Assembly: GCA_050014195.1 (NCBI GenBank)
Contig: JBEKDT010000001.1
Location: 352,001 to 416,000 of the forward strand
Length of the DNA stretch: 64,000 nt
Direction of reading: 5' to 3'
From: Desulfomonilia bacterium
GTDB taxonomy: Bacteria > Desulfobacterota > Desulfomonilia > UBA1062
The notes under the pieces are model-generated. The model was not told the origin of the DNA, made no database searches, and saw only the letters and a list, made by a program, of their open reading frames with translations. The translations under genes and the position numbers were made by a program. Of this stretch, positions 8,990 through 20,065 are shown one piece after another. Within the stretch, counting starts at the first letter, position 1; every line of letters starts with the position of its first letter.

Positions 8990-11128
8990 ATGGCAAAGCA
9001 ATCAGACAATGACATCACCAGAGAGACCGCACCAGGCGCACCGCAATCCGTAGACTTCATCCGCACCATCATCAATGAGCACATGCGGACACTCAAGTAC
9101 GACGGCAGGGTGAACACCCGCTTCCCACCGGAACCAAACGGCTACCTGCACATCGGCCACGCCAAGTCCATCTGTCTGAACTTCGGCATAGCAGCCGACT
9201 ACAAAGGCATCTGCAACCTGCGTTTCGACGACACCAACCCTTCTAAGGAGGACCAGGAGTACATCGACTCCATCATGGAGGATGTGCGCTGGCTCGGCTT
9301 TGACTGGGAAAACAGGATATATTATGCATCCGACTACTTCGAGAAGACCTACGAGCTCGCCGAGGAGCTCATCAGAAAAGGCCTGGCCTATGTGTGCGAC
9401 CTGAGCGCAGAAGAGACCAGGCAGTACCGGGGCACGCTCACCGAACCCGGCAAAGACAGCCCCTACCGGAATCGAAGCATGGAGGAGAACCTTGATCTGT
9501 TCCACCGCATGAGGGCCGGGGAGTTCCCGGACGGGGCCCGGGTGCTCCGCGCCAAGATCGATATGGCCTCACCCAACCTCAATATGCGCGACCCCATCAT
9601 CTACCGGACCCTCCGCTCCACCCACCACCGCACCGGCGACGACTGGTGCATCTACCCCATGTACGACTATGCGCACCCTATTTCCGACTCGCTGGAGAAG
9701 ATCACCCATTCCATCTGCACCCTGGAGTTCGAGGACCACAGGCCGCTCTATGACTGGTTCCTGGAGAAGCTCGACATGTACCGGTCCCAGCAGATCGAGT
9801 TCGCCAGGCTCAACCTGAGCTATACCATGATGAGCAAGCGCAGGCTTCTTGAGCTTGTACAGCTCGGAATCGTGTCGGGCTGGGATGACCCGCGCATGCC
9901 CACCATAGCAGGGTTGAGGCGCCGCGGTTATACCCCCGAGGCCATCAAGAAGTTCTGCGACCGCATCGGGGTGGCCAAGAAGGACAGCATGGTGGACATG
10001 GCGCTGTTGGAGTACCACATCCGTGAAGACCTGAATGAAAAGGCTCCCAGGATCATGGCAGTGCTGCAACCGCTTAAGATAACCATCGAGAACTACCCCG
10101 AAGACGCAACCGAGGAATTCGAGATCCCCTATCACCCGGACAATGCAGCCATGGGCTCCCGGAAGGTCCCCTTCTCCCGGACACTTTTTATCGAGCAGGA
10201 CGACTTCATGGAAAACCCACCGGACAAGTTCTTTCGCCTGGCCCCTGGAAGAGAGGTGAGGCTCCGCGGTGCTTACTTCATTACCTGCACCGCTGTGGTG
10301 AAGGACAAGAAGACCGGACGGATAACCGAGCTGAAATGCACCTACGACCCGGCCACCAAGGGCGGAGATGCCCCGGACGGCCGCAAGGTGAAAGGAACGC
10401 TCCATTGGGTTTCTGCCGGTCACGCCGTCACCGCAGAGGTGAGGCTGTACGACCGGCTCTTCATGGTGGAGAACATCAGTGCAGAGGCCGAAAGGACGGG
10501 GAAGGATTACAAGGAATTTTTGAACCCGGACTCACTCGTATCCCTCAAAGGCTGCAAGCTTGAGCCGTCTGTTGCCTCGTCAAGGCCTCTGGGCCGCTAC
10601 CAGTTCGAGCGCCAGGGCTATTTCTGTGCGGACTCAAAGGATTCCACGGGGCAGGCCCTCGTATTCAACCGCACCGTCACCTTGCGAGACTCCTGGGCCA
10701 AGATCGAGAAAACAGCATCAGGCACAAAACCCTCAGCGAAGGGTAAAGCGCCCGAGAAAAAGACCCATGCCACGGAAAAACCTGCGCCCGGGAAACAACC
10801 TGAGATCACCATCGACGACTTTTCAAAACTCGACCTCAGGGTGGGCAAGATCATGGAGGCGTCTGACGTCCAGGGCTCGGACAAGATGGTGCGGCTCATG
10901 ATCGATCTGGGTGAAGGCCGGAACCGCCAGATCTTTGCAGGCATCAGGGGCGCATACCCCGACATGGCAAGCCTCGTGAACAAGAAGGTCATCGTGGTGG
11001 CAAACCTGAAGCCCCGCCAGATGAAGTTCGGCACATCCGAGGGCATGATACTGGCGGGCGGTAGAGGTGACATCTGGAGTATCTGCACCTTTGACGGCGA
11101 CCCCGAACCGGGAGACAAAGTTTCATAA
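8990..11128 (+). CDS. glnS: Glutamine--tRNA ligase with C-terminal Trbp111/EMAP-like tRNA-binding domain
   Basis: [43 protein letters not shown]-rich linker follows, then [14 protein letters not shown]...[20 protein letters not shown]. Confidence 0.95.
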   Translation: MAKQSDNDITRETAPGAPQSVDFIRTIINEHMRTLKYDGRVNTRFPPEPNGYLHIGHAKSICLNFGIAADYKGICNLRFDDTNPSKEDQEYIDSIMEDVRWLGFDWENRIYYASDYFEKTYELAEELIRKGLAYVCDLSAEETRQYRGTLTEPGKDSPYRNRSMEENLDLFHRMRAGEFPDGARVLRAKIDMASPNLNMRDPIIYRTLRSTHHRTGDDWCIYPMYDYAHPISDSLEKITHSICTLEFEDHRPLYDWFLEKLDMYRSQQIEFARLNLSYTMMSKRRLLELVQLGIVSGWDDPRMPTIAGLRRRGYTPEAIKKFCDRIGVAKKDSMVDMALLEYHIREDLNEKAPRIMAVLQPLKITIENYPEDATEEFEIPYHPDNAAMGSRKVPFSRTLFIEQDDFMENPPDKFFRLAPGREVRLRGAYFITCTAVVKDKKTGRITELKCTYDPATKGGDAPDGRKVKGTLHWVSAGHAVTAEVRLYDRLFMVENISAEAERTGKDYKEFLNPDSLVSLKGCKLEPSVASSRPLGRYQFERQGYFCADSKDSTGQALVFNRTVTLRDSWAKIEKTASGTKPSAKGKAPEKKTHATEKPAPGKQPEITIDDFSKLDLRVGKIMEASDVQGSDKMVRLMIDLGEGRNRQIFAGIRGAYPDMASLVNKKVIVVANLKPRQMKFGTSEGMILAGGRGDIWSICTFDGDPEPGDKVS

Positions 11129-11420
11129 CAAAGGCATCGTAACGATAGGCTCCAGGCTAAAAAATGTCTTCCTTCACCGATTGCCTCGTGCCTGTCGTAT
11201 CACACCTCATTCAAAACAAACCCTGCAGGTAAGATCCGATTGGGGGATACCTAAAAATGATATAAAGTTAAGGCTGAGACCTGACCGATGAATACCTTGT
11301 ACCTTATGGTGCGAATTCTCTGCCGGAACTGCCCTTGAACATTCAAGAGAAAGGAGCCTACGGGGTTTGGGGGATGAAAGACAGCACAACAACCAATAGA
11401 TCGCTTCAGTTGAGATTGGC

Positions 11421-13259
11421 ATGATGAGCCTGTTCGGATCAGTCAGAAATCTCTCAACCCATACCACAGTCAGGAAGGGAAACAATGAACCTGTAACACC
11501 GGAAACCGGCCAGATCTGGGCAAACTCACTTTCCCGGGTGGACAATATGCTCGACGGCCTCATTGCAGCGTCCGAGTCTGATTTTCTTACCATTGCCGAG
11601 AATCTCCAGGAATACCACATGCGCGCACTGAAGATGTGCGAAAAGTCAAGCGAAGTGGTCGAGATCATGACGGGTGAAGCCCTGAGATCCGCTACGGATG
11701 GGCTGAACGGGATACTCGATGAATTGAAAACCCATCTTGTCGAATCAAAAGGTCACTTTTCACAGATGAGCAGGGTCTTCCAAGAGCATCGTATGGAACT
11801 TTCCAAAATATCATCCAACATCGAGTCCTTCAGATTACATATCCTTAACTTGAACATGCTGGGTTTCCTCACCCAGGTGGAAAACGCACACATTTATACC
11901 CTGAATACCGGATTTTCAACCCTGACTGATGATGTGAGGCATCTCTCCGAGATGATCAAGCAGAAATCTTCACATATCAGTACCGTATCTGATAACGTGC
12001 AGTCATTCGTTTCTCTTGCACTGTCAAAGATCACCGATTTTGAAAAAACCCAGAGTGAAAGTGCGAGGATTACCCTGGAAAAGGCAGTGGCAAACCACCG
12101 CTCCCTTTCTCATAAATTTAAAAGCGCTTCAGAAGCAGCACGGCTCGTCGAGCAGGTAAGCAAAGACATAGCTTCAAGTATCGGTGACATCGTCATCTCG
12201 ATGCAATTTCACGACATCACGAGGCAGCAACTCGAACATGTGAAGGAGGTGCTTGACCATCTCTGCGCACAAATCGGTAAGGATGATTATACGAAACTCG
12301 AACAGGCAGCCATGGTGAGGGATGTCTTAAAGCTTCAGCATGCCCAGCTGAGGCAATCCCATGAGGAGCTTGCCAATGCGGTGTTCAAGGTCATTGCAAG
12401 CCTCCAGAACATTACCAAGAACGTAAGCGATGTCCTCATGGAAACCCAGGATGTAGCATGGGCCTCTGACACACAGGGGGAGTCTTTCATGGAGGGCATC
12501 GACAGCGGGATCACCTCGGTTATAGAGTGCATCAGAGTCATTGCAGAGGAGCATGCAAAACTTTCTGAAACCGTAAACTCAGCGAGCGAAATGGTTTCCG
12601 AGATGTCTGTGTTCGTTAAAGATATCGAGTCGTTAGGGCTGAACCTCCAGCTTATTGCACTGAATGCGCGGATCAAGGCAGCTCACCTGGGGTCGGAAGG
12701 GGCAATGCTTGATACCATTTCGGGAAGCATTTACGAACTCTCAAAGAATGCCCGTGAAGACACAAAGGACTTAAGCCGGGTACTGGCAACCCTTGTGGAC
12801 CTCTCCATAAGTTTCAAGGATGACATGCTGCATATGCAGGACAAGCAATCAAAGACTATCGGGCTCATGGTGGGTAAACTCAGGGACCTGATCGCCTCAC
12901 TGCGCAAGATAAACGATGCGGTTCATGCAATGCTCAACGAAATGAAGGGCTTGGGTGAATCTCTCTTGTTGGATCTCCAGAATACGGCAGATGAGATTAC
13001 GGTGCATGATAAGGTGGAGAATATACTGAAAAAAGTCCTGAAGATCATAGAAGATACCTCTGAGAGTGCCCGCCTTATCTGCCCCATAGGGTTTGAAACA
13101 GTCGCATTATCGCTTTTGTCAAATCTCAATAGACTCTACACCACAAAAAGTGAGAGGGACATCCATGATCAACACATCGAGTCGGGTCCCGAAGGGGCTC
13201 AGGAATCAGAAAAAACAAAGGCCGGTGATGATCATTGGGAGAACTTAGAACTTTTCTAA
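11421..13259 (+). CDS. Soluble chemoreceptor-like protein with two divergent signalling hairpins (paralog 1)
   Basis: No TM segments; SMQFHDITRQQLEHV; LIALNARIKAAHLG; C-terminal NLELF; colinear with 25328..27163. Confidence 0.8.
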   Translation: MMSLFGSVRNLSTHTTVRKGNNEPVTPETGQIWANSLSRVDNMLDGLIAASESDFLTIAENLQEYHMRALKMCEKSSEVVEIMTGEALRSATDGLNGILDELKTHLVESKGHFSQMSRVFQEHRMELSKISSNIESFRLHILNLNMLGFLTQVENAHIYTLNTGFSTLTDDVRHLSEMIKQKSSHISTVSDNVQSFVSLALSKITDFEKTQSESARITLEKAVANHRSLSHKFKSASEAARLVEQVSKDIASSIGDIVISMQFHDITRQQLEHVKEVLDHLCAQIGKDDYTKLEQAAMVRDVLKLQHAQLRQSHEELANAVFKVIASLQNITKNVSDVLMETQDVAWASDTQGESFMEGIDSGITSVIECIRVIAEEHAKLSETVNSASEMVSEMSVFVKDIESLGLNLQLIALNARIKAAHLGSEGAMLDTISGSIYELSKNAREDTKDLSRVLATLVDLSISFKDDMLHMQDKQSKTIGLMVGKLRDLIASLRKINDAVHAMLNEMKGLGESLLLDLQNTADEITVHDKVENILKKVLKIIEDTSESARLICPIGFETVALSLLSNLNRLYTTKSERDIHDQHIESGPEGAQESEKTKAGDDHWENLELF

Positions 13260-13370
13260 ATCTGTAACTAATTTTTTATTGTAATATGTAAGACAAGATA
13301 TTGATATGAACACCATCATGCATGGTTTCCTCGTATATTCATCAGGGAGATAGAGGAGATATCTAAAGAA

Positions 13371-16300
13371 ATGGAACGCAAACAATCTTCAGGCAAAAAC
13401 CTTAAGGCAACAAAATTGCTCCTCTCCCAGACAATTGACTTCCTGCCCGACCCCACCTTTGCCATAGACCTCAGGGGCAAGGTCATCGTGTGGAACCGGG
13501 CCATGGAAGAGCTGACTCAAATCAGGGCACAAGATATGATTGGAAAGGCGGATTATGAGTATGCCCTTCCCTTCTATGATGAAAGACACCCCATCCTTAT
13601 CGATCTCGTACTCCATCCCGATCCTGATTTTGATACAAAATACACTTCCATCCAGAAGAAAGGAGACAGCCTCTTTGCCGAGACCGTCGCATTGTCTACA
13701 AAAAGATTCCTCTGGGGTAAGGCAAGTCCCATTCATGATAACAACGGGCAGATCATCGGCGCTATAGAGTCAATCAGGGATATCACCGAACTCAGACGGG
13801 CCGAAGAGGCCCTTTTGCAAAGCGAGAAGAAGTACCACGATATCTTTCTCAATGTTTCGGACCTATTGATGATCCACGACTTGAAGGGTAATTTCATCGA
13901 GACCAATCTCGCATCCAAGAAGAGCACGGGATATAGCAAGGCCGATCTGAAAGATATGAACCTCAAGGATATCCTGCCCGAACGCTACAAAACCCAGTTC
14001 AAAGACTACATCAACAGGGTGCTTGAGAACGGAAGCGATGAAGGGCTCATGACCATCGTAGCCAAGACCGGAGACGAGAGGATTCTGGAGTATCGCAACT
14101 CCCTCAGACTGGATCCGGAAGGCAGGCCCACAGGTGTCCGCGGCTCAGCCCGAGACATCACCTCCAGGATCAAGGCCGCAAAGCGGCTCAAGAAAGAGCA
14201 TGACTTCATCACCTCCATCATCCAGACATCTCCGGCCTTCTACGATGCCATCGATCCTGATGGCAGGACAATTTTCATGAATCAGGCCATGCTGAACGCC
14301 TTGGGGTATACATTATCGGATGTAGTGGACAAGGACTACGTTAAACAAATCATCCAGGCAGAAGACCGCAGGGCCTTCAAAGATGCCATGGACACCATGG
14401 TATCATCAAGAAAACCGGTGGTGCATGAGAACAGGGTCCTGGCAAAAGATGGGAAGACCTTGCTTGTCCAGTGGCAGGGCAAGGCCATGTACCATGAAAA
14501 CGGCGAGATCGAGTTCATCTTCGGCATCGGCATCGATATCACCGAGCATAAGCGCTCCGAGCAGGCACTTAAAGAGAGTGAGGAGCGTTACCGCATCCTT
14601 GCGGAAAATGCCAGGGATGTCATCTGGATACTCGACCTTGATCTGAAATATGTATACATGAGCCCCTCGATCAAACGCCTGAGAGGCTATAGTGCTGAAG
14701 AGGTCATGAAACAGAGTCTCGACCAGGTCCTTACACCGGAGTCCTACCGGAGAGCCATGGAGGTTTTCCATAAAGAACTCGGCATCGAACGTATGGGGCA
14801 GATACACGGCCCGGATTGGTCGCGGACCATCGAGATCGAGATGTTTTGCAAGGATGGTTCTACTGTCTGGGCAGAAGTCATCATCAATCTCCTCTATGAT
14901 AAAGAGGGTACGCTCACCAGCTTCATGGGCATCACCCGAGATATCACCAAGCGTAAGCGAATAGAGGAGGAACTTCGTGAGAGTGAGGAAAAATTCCGGT
15001 TGCTCTTCGAGAAATCGGGCGACGGGAGTCTGATCCTCGATGAGGGCAGGTTTATCGACTGTAACGAGGCAGCCATTAAGATTGCCGGATGTACCGATAA
15101 ATCCCAATTAATGAATTATCGCCCGGCCGAGATATCTCCCCCATTTCAACCCGATGGCCTCCTTTCTGCAGAAAAGGCGGAAAAGATGATGGATCTGGCC
15201 ATTAAAAAGGGGTTCCACCAGTTCGAGTGGGTGCACAAGCGGTTCGATGGGACCGAGGTGTATCTTGATGTGATGCTCACCGCCATCCCCATGAAGGGCA
15301 GGCGCCTCCTGTACACCACCTGGAGGGATATCTCCGAACGCAAATCGGTGGATGAGGCCCTGCGCGCATCAGAAGAAAAATTCTCCAAGGCTTTTCACAC
15401 AAGCCCGACTCTTATGGCCATCAACACGTTCGAGGAGGGCCGTTATATCGATGTGAATGAGGTCTTCCTCTCTATACTCGGATATACGAAGGAGGAGGTC
15501 ATCGGAAGGACACCTGATGAAATCGGGATTTTCCCTGATACAAGCTATTTAACCACGACCAGAAAGATTCTCGAAGAACAGGGAAAGCTCAACAACTACG
15601 AGCTCCAGGTCCGCACAAAGGACGGTCATTTCCGCAACGGCCTTTTCTCAGGGGATGTCATCAGGCTCCAGGACAAAAAGTATTGGCTGACCGTCATGAC
15701 GGATATCACGGAAAAAAGGCAGGCCGAAGAGGCACTCAAACAGAGCGAGGAGCGTTTCAGGAGAATGGCCGAGGTGAGCCCGGAGATATTCTGGATGGTG
15801 ACCCCGGATTGGGAAAGGGTCATCTATGTAAGCCCCGCCCTTGAGAGGATCATCGGCATGCCGGTCGATGAGGTATACCGGGACCCCAGGGCCTGGCTCA
15901 ACCTTGTTCATCCTGAAGATAGCAACTATGTTTCCTCCACAATCGGTTTCGGACAAGAACATGCCGCAGATGGAGAGTATGACTTCCGTATTATCCGCAA
16001 AGATGGCGGCATGCGCTGGGTCCGTAACAGGCGATATACCATACATGATGCACAGGGGAACCTTATGTACTACACCGGCATAGCCGAAGACATTACAGAA
16101 CGCAAGCAGGCAGAGGAGGACCGGAAGGTTTATGAGGCCCGTCTTATGCGCTCCCAAAAACTGGAGGCCATCGGAACGCTGGCGGGGGGCATTGCGCACG
16201 ACTTCAACAATATCCTCTCAGCCATCATCGGCTATTCCGAGCTTGCCCTGGATGACCTGCCCAAGGATAACAGCGCTAGTATGAACATCGAGGAGGTACT

Positions 16301-17279
16301 CAAGGCGGGTGAAAGGGCCAAGGAACTCGTCAAACAGATCCTCACCTTCAGCCGCCAGAGGGAGACCGAGCGAAGACCCGTGAAGATCGATCTCATCATC
16401 AAGGAAGCCCTCAAGCTCCTGAGGTCATCCATCCCCAGCTCCATTTCCATCACCGAGCGCATCGACCCATCATCGGGTCCGGTATTTGCCGACCCCACAC
16501 AAATCCACCAGGTCATTATGAACCTGTGCACCAATGCCTATCATGCCATGCTGCCCAATGGAGGGAATCTTACCGTATCGCTCGAACAGCTCTATCTCGA
16601 TACGGGGTTCATCTCCCGACACCCGCCGCTCCATGAGGGGACCCATCTGCGGCTCACCGTTTCCGATACCGGCTGCGGCATGGATCAGGAGACACTCAAA
16701 CGCATCTTCGATCCCTTCTTCACCACCAAAGAAAAGACCAAGGGCACAGGGTTAGGGCTCGCCACGGTCCATGGTATTGTGACCGACCTGGGCGGTGCGA
16801 TTTTTGTCACCTCCACCATAGGCAAGGGCAGCAGTTTTGAATTATACCTGCCGACCTTTGAGGAAGAAAGCGATGAACTGGAGAATTTCATCGAAACGCC
16901 CCCACAGGGTGGGGGTGAATCCATACTCCTGGTGGACGATGAAGAGGCAATACTGAACTTTTCAAAGACCATGCTCGAGCAGCTCGGCTATAAGGTTAAG
17001 GGCATATCTTCAAGCGTCGAGGCCTTGAAGATTTTTCGTTCGTCCCCTGACAAACTCGACCTTGTTCTCACAGACCAGACCATGCCCGGCATGACCGGAT
17101 CAACACTCGCAACCGAGATCCTCACGATACGACCTGATATGCCCATCATCCTCATGACCGGTTACAGCGAGACCATCACCCCGGAGGAGGTTATTGCCCA
17201 AGGCATCAAAGAGTATATCGAGAAGCCCTTCACCAAAAATATCATCGCTGCTGCCATCCACAGGTCCCTTAAGGGCTGA
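13371..17279 (+). CDS. Multi-PAS hybrid histidine kinase (HisKA-HATPase-REC)
   Basis: About seven PAS repeats, QKLEAIGTLAGGIAHDFNN, GTGLGL, C-terminal receiver LTDQTMP. Confidence 0.95.
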   Translation: MERKQSSGKNLKATKLLLSQTIDFLPDPTFAIDLRGKVIVWNRAMEELTQIRAQDMIGKADYEYALPFYDERHPILIDLVLHPDPDFDTKYTSIQKKGDSLFAETVALSTKRFLWGKASPIHDNNGQIIGAIESIRDITELRRAEEALLQSEKKYHDIFLNVSDLLMIHDLKGNFIETNLASKKSTGYSKADLKDMNLKDILPERYKTQFKDYINRVLENGSDEGLMTIVAKTGDERILEYRNSLRLDPEGRPTGVRGSARDITSRIKAAKRLKKEHDFITSIIQTSPAFYDAIDPDGRTIFMNQAMLNALGYTLSDVVDKDYVKQIIQAEDRRAFKDAMDTMVSSRKPVVHENRVLAKDGKTLLVQWQGKAMYHENGEIEFIFGIGIDITEHKRSEQALKESEERYRILAENARDVIWILDLDLKYVYMSPSIKRLRGYSAEEVMKQSLDQVLTPESYRRAMEVFHKELGIERMGQIHGPDWSRTIEIEMFCKDGSTVWAEVIINLLYDKEGTLTSFMGITRDITKRKRIEEELRESEEKFRLLFEKSGDGSLILDEGRFIDCNEAAIKIAGCTDKSQLMNYRPAEISPPFQPDGLLSAEKAEKMMDLAIKKGFHQFEWVHKRFDGTEVYLDVMLTAIPMKGRRLLYTTWRDISERKSVDEALRASEEKFSKAFHTSPTLMAINTFEEGRYIDVNEVFLSILGYTKEEVIGRTPDEIGIFPDTSYLTTTRKILEEQGKLNNYELQVRTKDGHFRNGLFSGDVIRLQDKKYWLTVMTDITEKRQAEEALKQSEERFRRMAEVSPEIFWMVTPDWERVIYVSPALERIIGMPVDEVYRDPRAWLNLVHPEDSNYVSSTIGFGQEHAADGEYDFRIIRKDGGMRWVRNRRYTIHDAQGNLMYYTGIAEDITERKQAEEDRKVYEARLMRSQKLEAIGTLAGGIAHDFNNILSAIIGYSELALDDLPKDNSASMNIEEVLKAGERAKELVKQILTFSRQRETERRPVKIDLIIKEALKLLRSSIPSSISITERIDPSSGPVFADPTQIHQVIMNLCTNAYHAMLPNGGNLTVSLEQLYLDTGFISRHPPLHEGTHLRLTVSDTGCGMDQETLKRIFDPFFTTKEKTKGTGLGLATVHGIVTDLGGAIFVTSTIGKGSSFELYLPTFEEESDELENFIETPPQGGGESILLVDDEEAILNFSKTMLEQLGYKVKGISSSVEALKIFRSSPDKLDLVLTDQTMPGMTGSTLATEILTIRPDMPIILMTGYSETITPEEVIAQGIKEYIEKPFTKNIIAAAIHRSLKG

Positions 17280-17319
17280 TACGCACCACATTCTCCTTTT
17301 GAACGAAAAAGTGTTGCCC

Positions 17320-17334
17320 TGGCATACGCTCTGC
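17320..17334 (+). promoter_or_regulatory. Possible sigma54 promoter upstream of the activator gene
   Basis: TGGCAT-ACGCT-CTGC (GG-N10-GC) in the intergenic region. Confidence 0.4.
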
Positions 17335-17479
17335 GGGTATATTATTTATTAAATTATGTTGGGGACAAAAAAGATATATTGTGTTTTATCGTGTAACAGG
17401 TGGTAGCGGCAACAAGGCAGTGCCGGGATGAAACCGAATAACCTGTCCCGGAGGGTATCAAAAATAGGGGATCGAGCCG

Positions 17480-19204
17480 TTGCTGAGCGCCAACATACTC
17501 GTCATTGATGATGAAGAGACCATCCGTCATACCTTCAGCATTTTCCTGTCCAGAGAAGGTTACAATGTTTCTACTGCACCCGATTATCAGACCGCTTTGG
17601 AGCTTATATCCAAGAACACATTCGATTTCATCCTGACCGACATCCTCCTGGGCCCCCATTCGGGCATCGAGCTCCTCCGGGAGATCAAGACAAGAGGCAT
17701 CCTGGCACCCGTCATTATGATCACGGGCGAGCCCAATGTGGACAATGCAGCCGCCTCGTTACGATATGGCGCCTTTGACTACATCACCAAACCCATCAGA
17801 AAAGAGACCCTCCTGCGGGTCACCAAGCATGCCCTGCAGCATAAGGCCCTGCTCGATGAGAAGCTGTTTGTCGAGACGGAGAAGGAGCGCTACAGGTCCA
17901 ATCTGGAGGCCATCTTCCGCAGCGTGGAGGACGGCATCATCACCGTGGACAATAACATGCGCGTCATCGAGGCAAATGATGCCACCGAGCGCATCTGCGG
18001 GATCTCACCCAAGAGCCACCAGTGGGAAGAAGGAAAAACCGATTGCACCAGAAAGTGCTGGAAGGTCCTCGAAGAATCGGTGGTCAAGGGCAGACCCATC
18101 CAAGAGTACCGGATCGAGTGCGATCACCAGCACAAGGCTCAAGGAGTGATTGTACTGAACATCTCGCCACTGAAGGGTAAGAAAGACGAGCCCATCGGTG
18201 CAGTCATGGTCATCAGGGACATTACAAGGCTTACCAATCTGGAGCGGGAGCTCCAGGAGAGAAACCAGTTCCAAAATATCATCGGCCGAAGTCCCAAGAT
18301 GCAGGAGATCTATAACCTCATAGAGGATCTCAAGGACATCGAAACTACCGTACTCATCACCGGACCGAGCGGCACAGGCAAGGAGCTCGTTGCACGGGCC
18401 ATCCACTATAGCGGGTCAAGGGCGCACAGACCCTTTGTGGTGGTGAACTGCTCGGCCCTAGCAGAAAACCTGCTTGAGAGCGAGCTCTTCGGGCATGTGA
18501 AGGGGGCATTCACGGGGGCTGTCCGCGATAGGGAGGGCCGATTCCAGCTCGCAAACCAGGGGACCATCTTCTTAGACGAAATCGGAGACATCTCTCCGAG
18601 GATACAGCTCAAGCTCCTGCGCGTCCTCGAAAACAAAGAGATCGAACGGGTGGGTGATTCCACGCCTCTGAAGCTTGATGTCCAGGTCATCTCCGCCACG
18701 AATGCCGATCTGATGGACAAGGTGAGGAAGACTCAATTCCGCGAAGACCTCTATTACCGCCTCAAGGTTTTGGAGGTGCGACTCCCGGCCCTTATCGAAC
18801 GAAGGGATGACATCTTGCTGCTGGTGGACCATTTTCTTTCTGTCTTCAGGAAAAGGTTCCGCAAGGACATCATAACCGTCTCAGCAGAGGTAGAGAAGAT
18901 ATTCATGGAATATGCGTGGCCGGGCAACGTCCGGGAACTCATCCACACCTTAGAACACGCCTTTGTGGTATGTCGGACACAGACCATCACCCTCGATGAC
19001 CTGCCCCCTGAGATCCGGGGACACATGGCGGGGGACAGACTCCGAAAAGAGGCACTCCCCACGCAACGCGAAGAATTCATCGATGCCCTGGAAAAGAGCG
19101 GCTGGAACAAGGCCAGGGCGGCCAAGACGTTAGGTATCAGCCGCCAGACCATCTACCGGAAGATGAGGGAGCTTCTCATATCCGAACCCGATAATCATAT
19201 GTAA
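17480..19204 (+). CDS. Sigma54-dependent activator (REC-PAS-AAA+-HTH)
   Basis: Receiver domain, PAS, GPSGTGKE, ESELFGHVKGAFTGA, WPGNVREL, Fis-type HTH. Confidence 0.95.
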   Translation: MLSANILVIDDEETIRHTFSIFLSREGYNVSTAPDYQTALELISKNTFDFILTDILLGPHSGIELLREIKTRGILAPVIMITGEPNVDNAAASLRYGAFDYITKPIRKETLLRVTKHALQHKALLDEKLFVETEKERYRSNLEAIFRSVEDGIITVDNNMRVIEANDATERICGISPKSHQWEEGKTDCTRKCWKVLEESVVKGRPIQEYRIECDHQHKAQGVIVLNISPLKGKKDEPIGAVMVIRDITRLTNLERELQERNQFQNIIGRSPKMQEIYNLIEDLKDIETTVLITGPSGTGKELVARAIHYSGSRAHRPFVVVNCSALAENLLESELFGHVKGAFTGAVRDREGRFQLANQGTIFLDEIGDISPRIQLKLLRVLENKEIERVGDSTPLKLDVQVISATNADLMDKVRKTQFREDLYYRLKVLEVRLPALIERRDDILLLVDHFLSVFRKRFRKDIITVSAEVEKIFMEYAWPGNVRELIHTLEHAFVVCRTQTITLDDLPPEIRGHMAGDRLRKEALPTQREEFIDALEKSGWNKARAAKTLGISRQTIYRKMRELLISEPDNHM

Positions 19205-19364
19205 CAACGTAACACATCTGTAACATCACCGGGCGTCACTTGTTACATAAACATGAGACACAAGTACCATCTTGCAACTGCCAATCCTATTCTATAACCA
19301 TATGATATTAAATTGTTTAATCTTAGAAAAACCCCTCTTTTTTATTCCGTGGCATGCTTCTTGT
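19200..19364 (+). promoter_or_regulatory. Putative sigma54 promoter with upstream activator sites for the chemosensory operon
   Basis: (T/C)GTAACA x3 plus inverted TGTTACA at 19200-19247, an AT-rich spacer, then TGGCAT-GCTTC-TTGT at 19350-19364. Confidence 0.6.
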
Positions 19365-19422
19365 GTAAGGTAGCCGGTACCCCGGACAGTCCGGAGGTCA
19401 ATGCCCAAAGACAGGAGCGAGG

Positions 19423-19827
19423 ATGCCAGGACCAGAGATTGTAACTCGCATCAGGATCGACACCATAGAGTCTGTGCTCAGGGAGGAGAAAACAGTTTTT
19501 GTGGCATGTATCAGGGATGACATTGATTACCAGGAAACCATGGGCGAAATTGAATCCGTGGCCCTCTTCGCGGGTCCCAACCTGAAGGTGTGCTACGTCC
19601 TTGAAGACCTCCTGCCCTATTTCGAGAAGCGCTTTTCCGTCTCAGGTACACCCTCATTCCTCATCATCAAAAACGGAGACCTCCTTGATTCCATCCTGGG
19701 CAAAATCTCTGCCCAAGGCCTGATGGACTTTATCAGACCCCATGTGCCGGACCTTTTGGACAGGGTGCCCCTCTTCGAGATCTCTGGAGCCAGGATAATG
19801 GCATCCAAAAGGCGGGGAATCATATGA
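19423..19827 (+). CDS. Thioredoxin-fold protein lacking CXXC
   Basis: RBS AGGAG; FSVSGTPSFLIIKNG cis-Pro motif; no CXXC. Confidence 0.65.
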   Translation: MPGPEIVTRIRIDTIESVLREEKTVFVACIRDDIDYQETMGEIESVALFAGPNLKVCYVLEDLLPYFEKRFSVSGTPSFLIIKNGDLLDSILGKISAQGLMDFIRPHVPDLLDRVPLFEISGARIMASKRRGII

Positions 19828-20065
19828 AAAGGTCTATTCATACCATATCGACAATCATGGCTCACCCCCATACCTTGCCCTCTTCCCCTGCCCGGGCAGA
19901 GGGCTGTTTTTTCAGGAACACCATCGGATCGAGACCGGTGGTCCAAGAAGGCGGAGCCATTCAATACCAACTTTCAAGAAATGAGCATGATCTGGTCGGC
20001 AGCCACACAGGCATCCTCGACAAGGATCATTGTTCTCATATCACTGTCGCTTCAGGGAGGAGACA

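Noticed and set aside
19824-20065. 85-aa ORF or riboswitch before mcp
   Set aside because: No protein motifs and no recognisable c-di-GMP riboswitch consensus; only a short GC hairpin.
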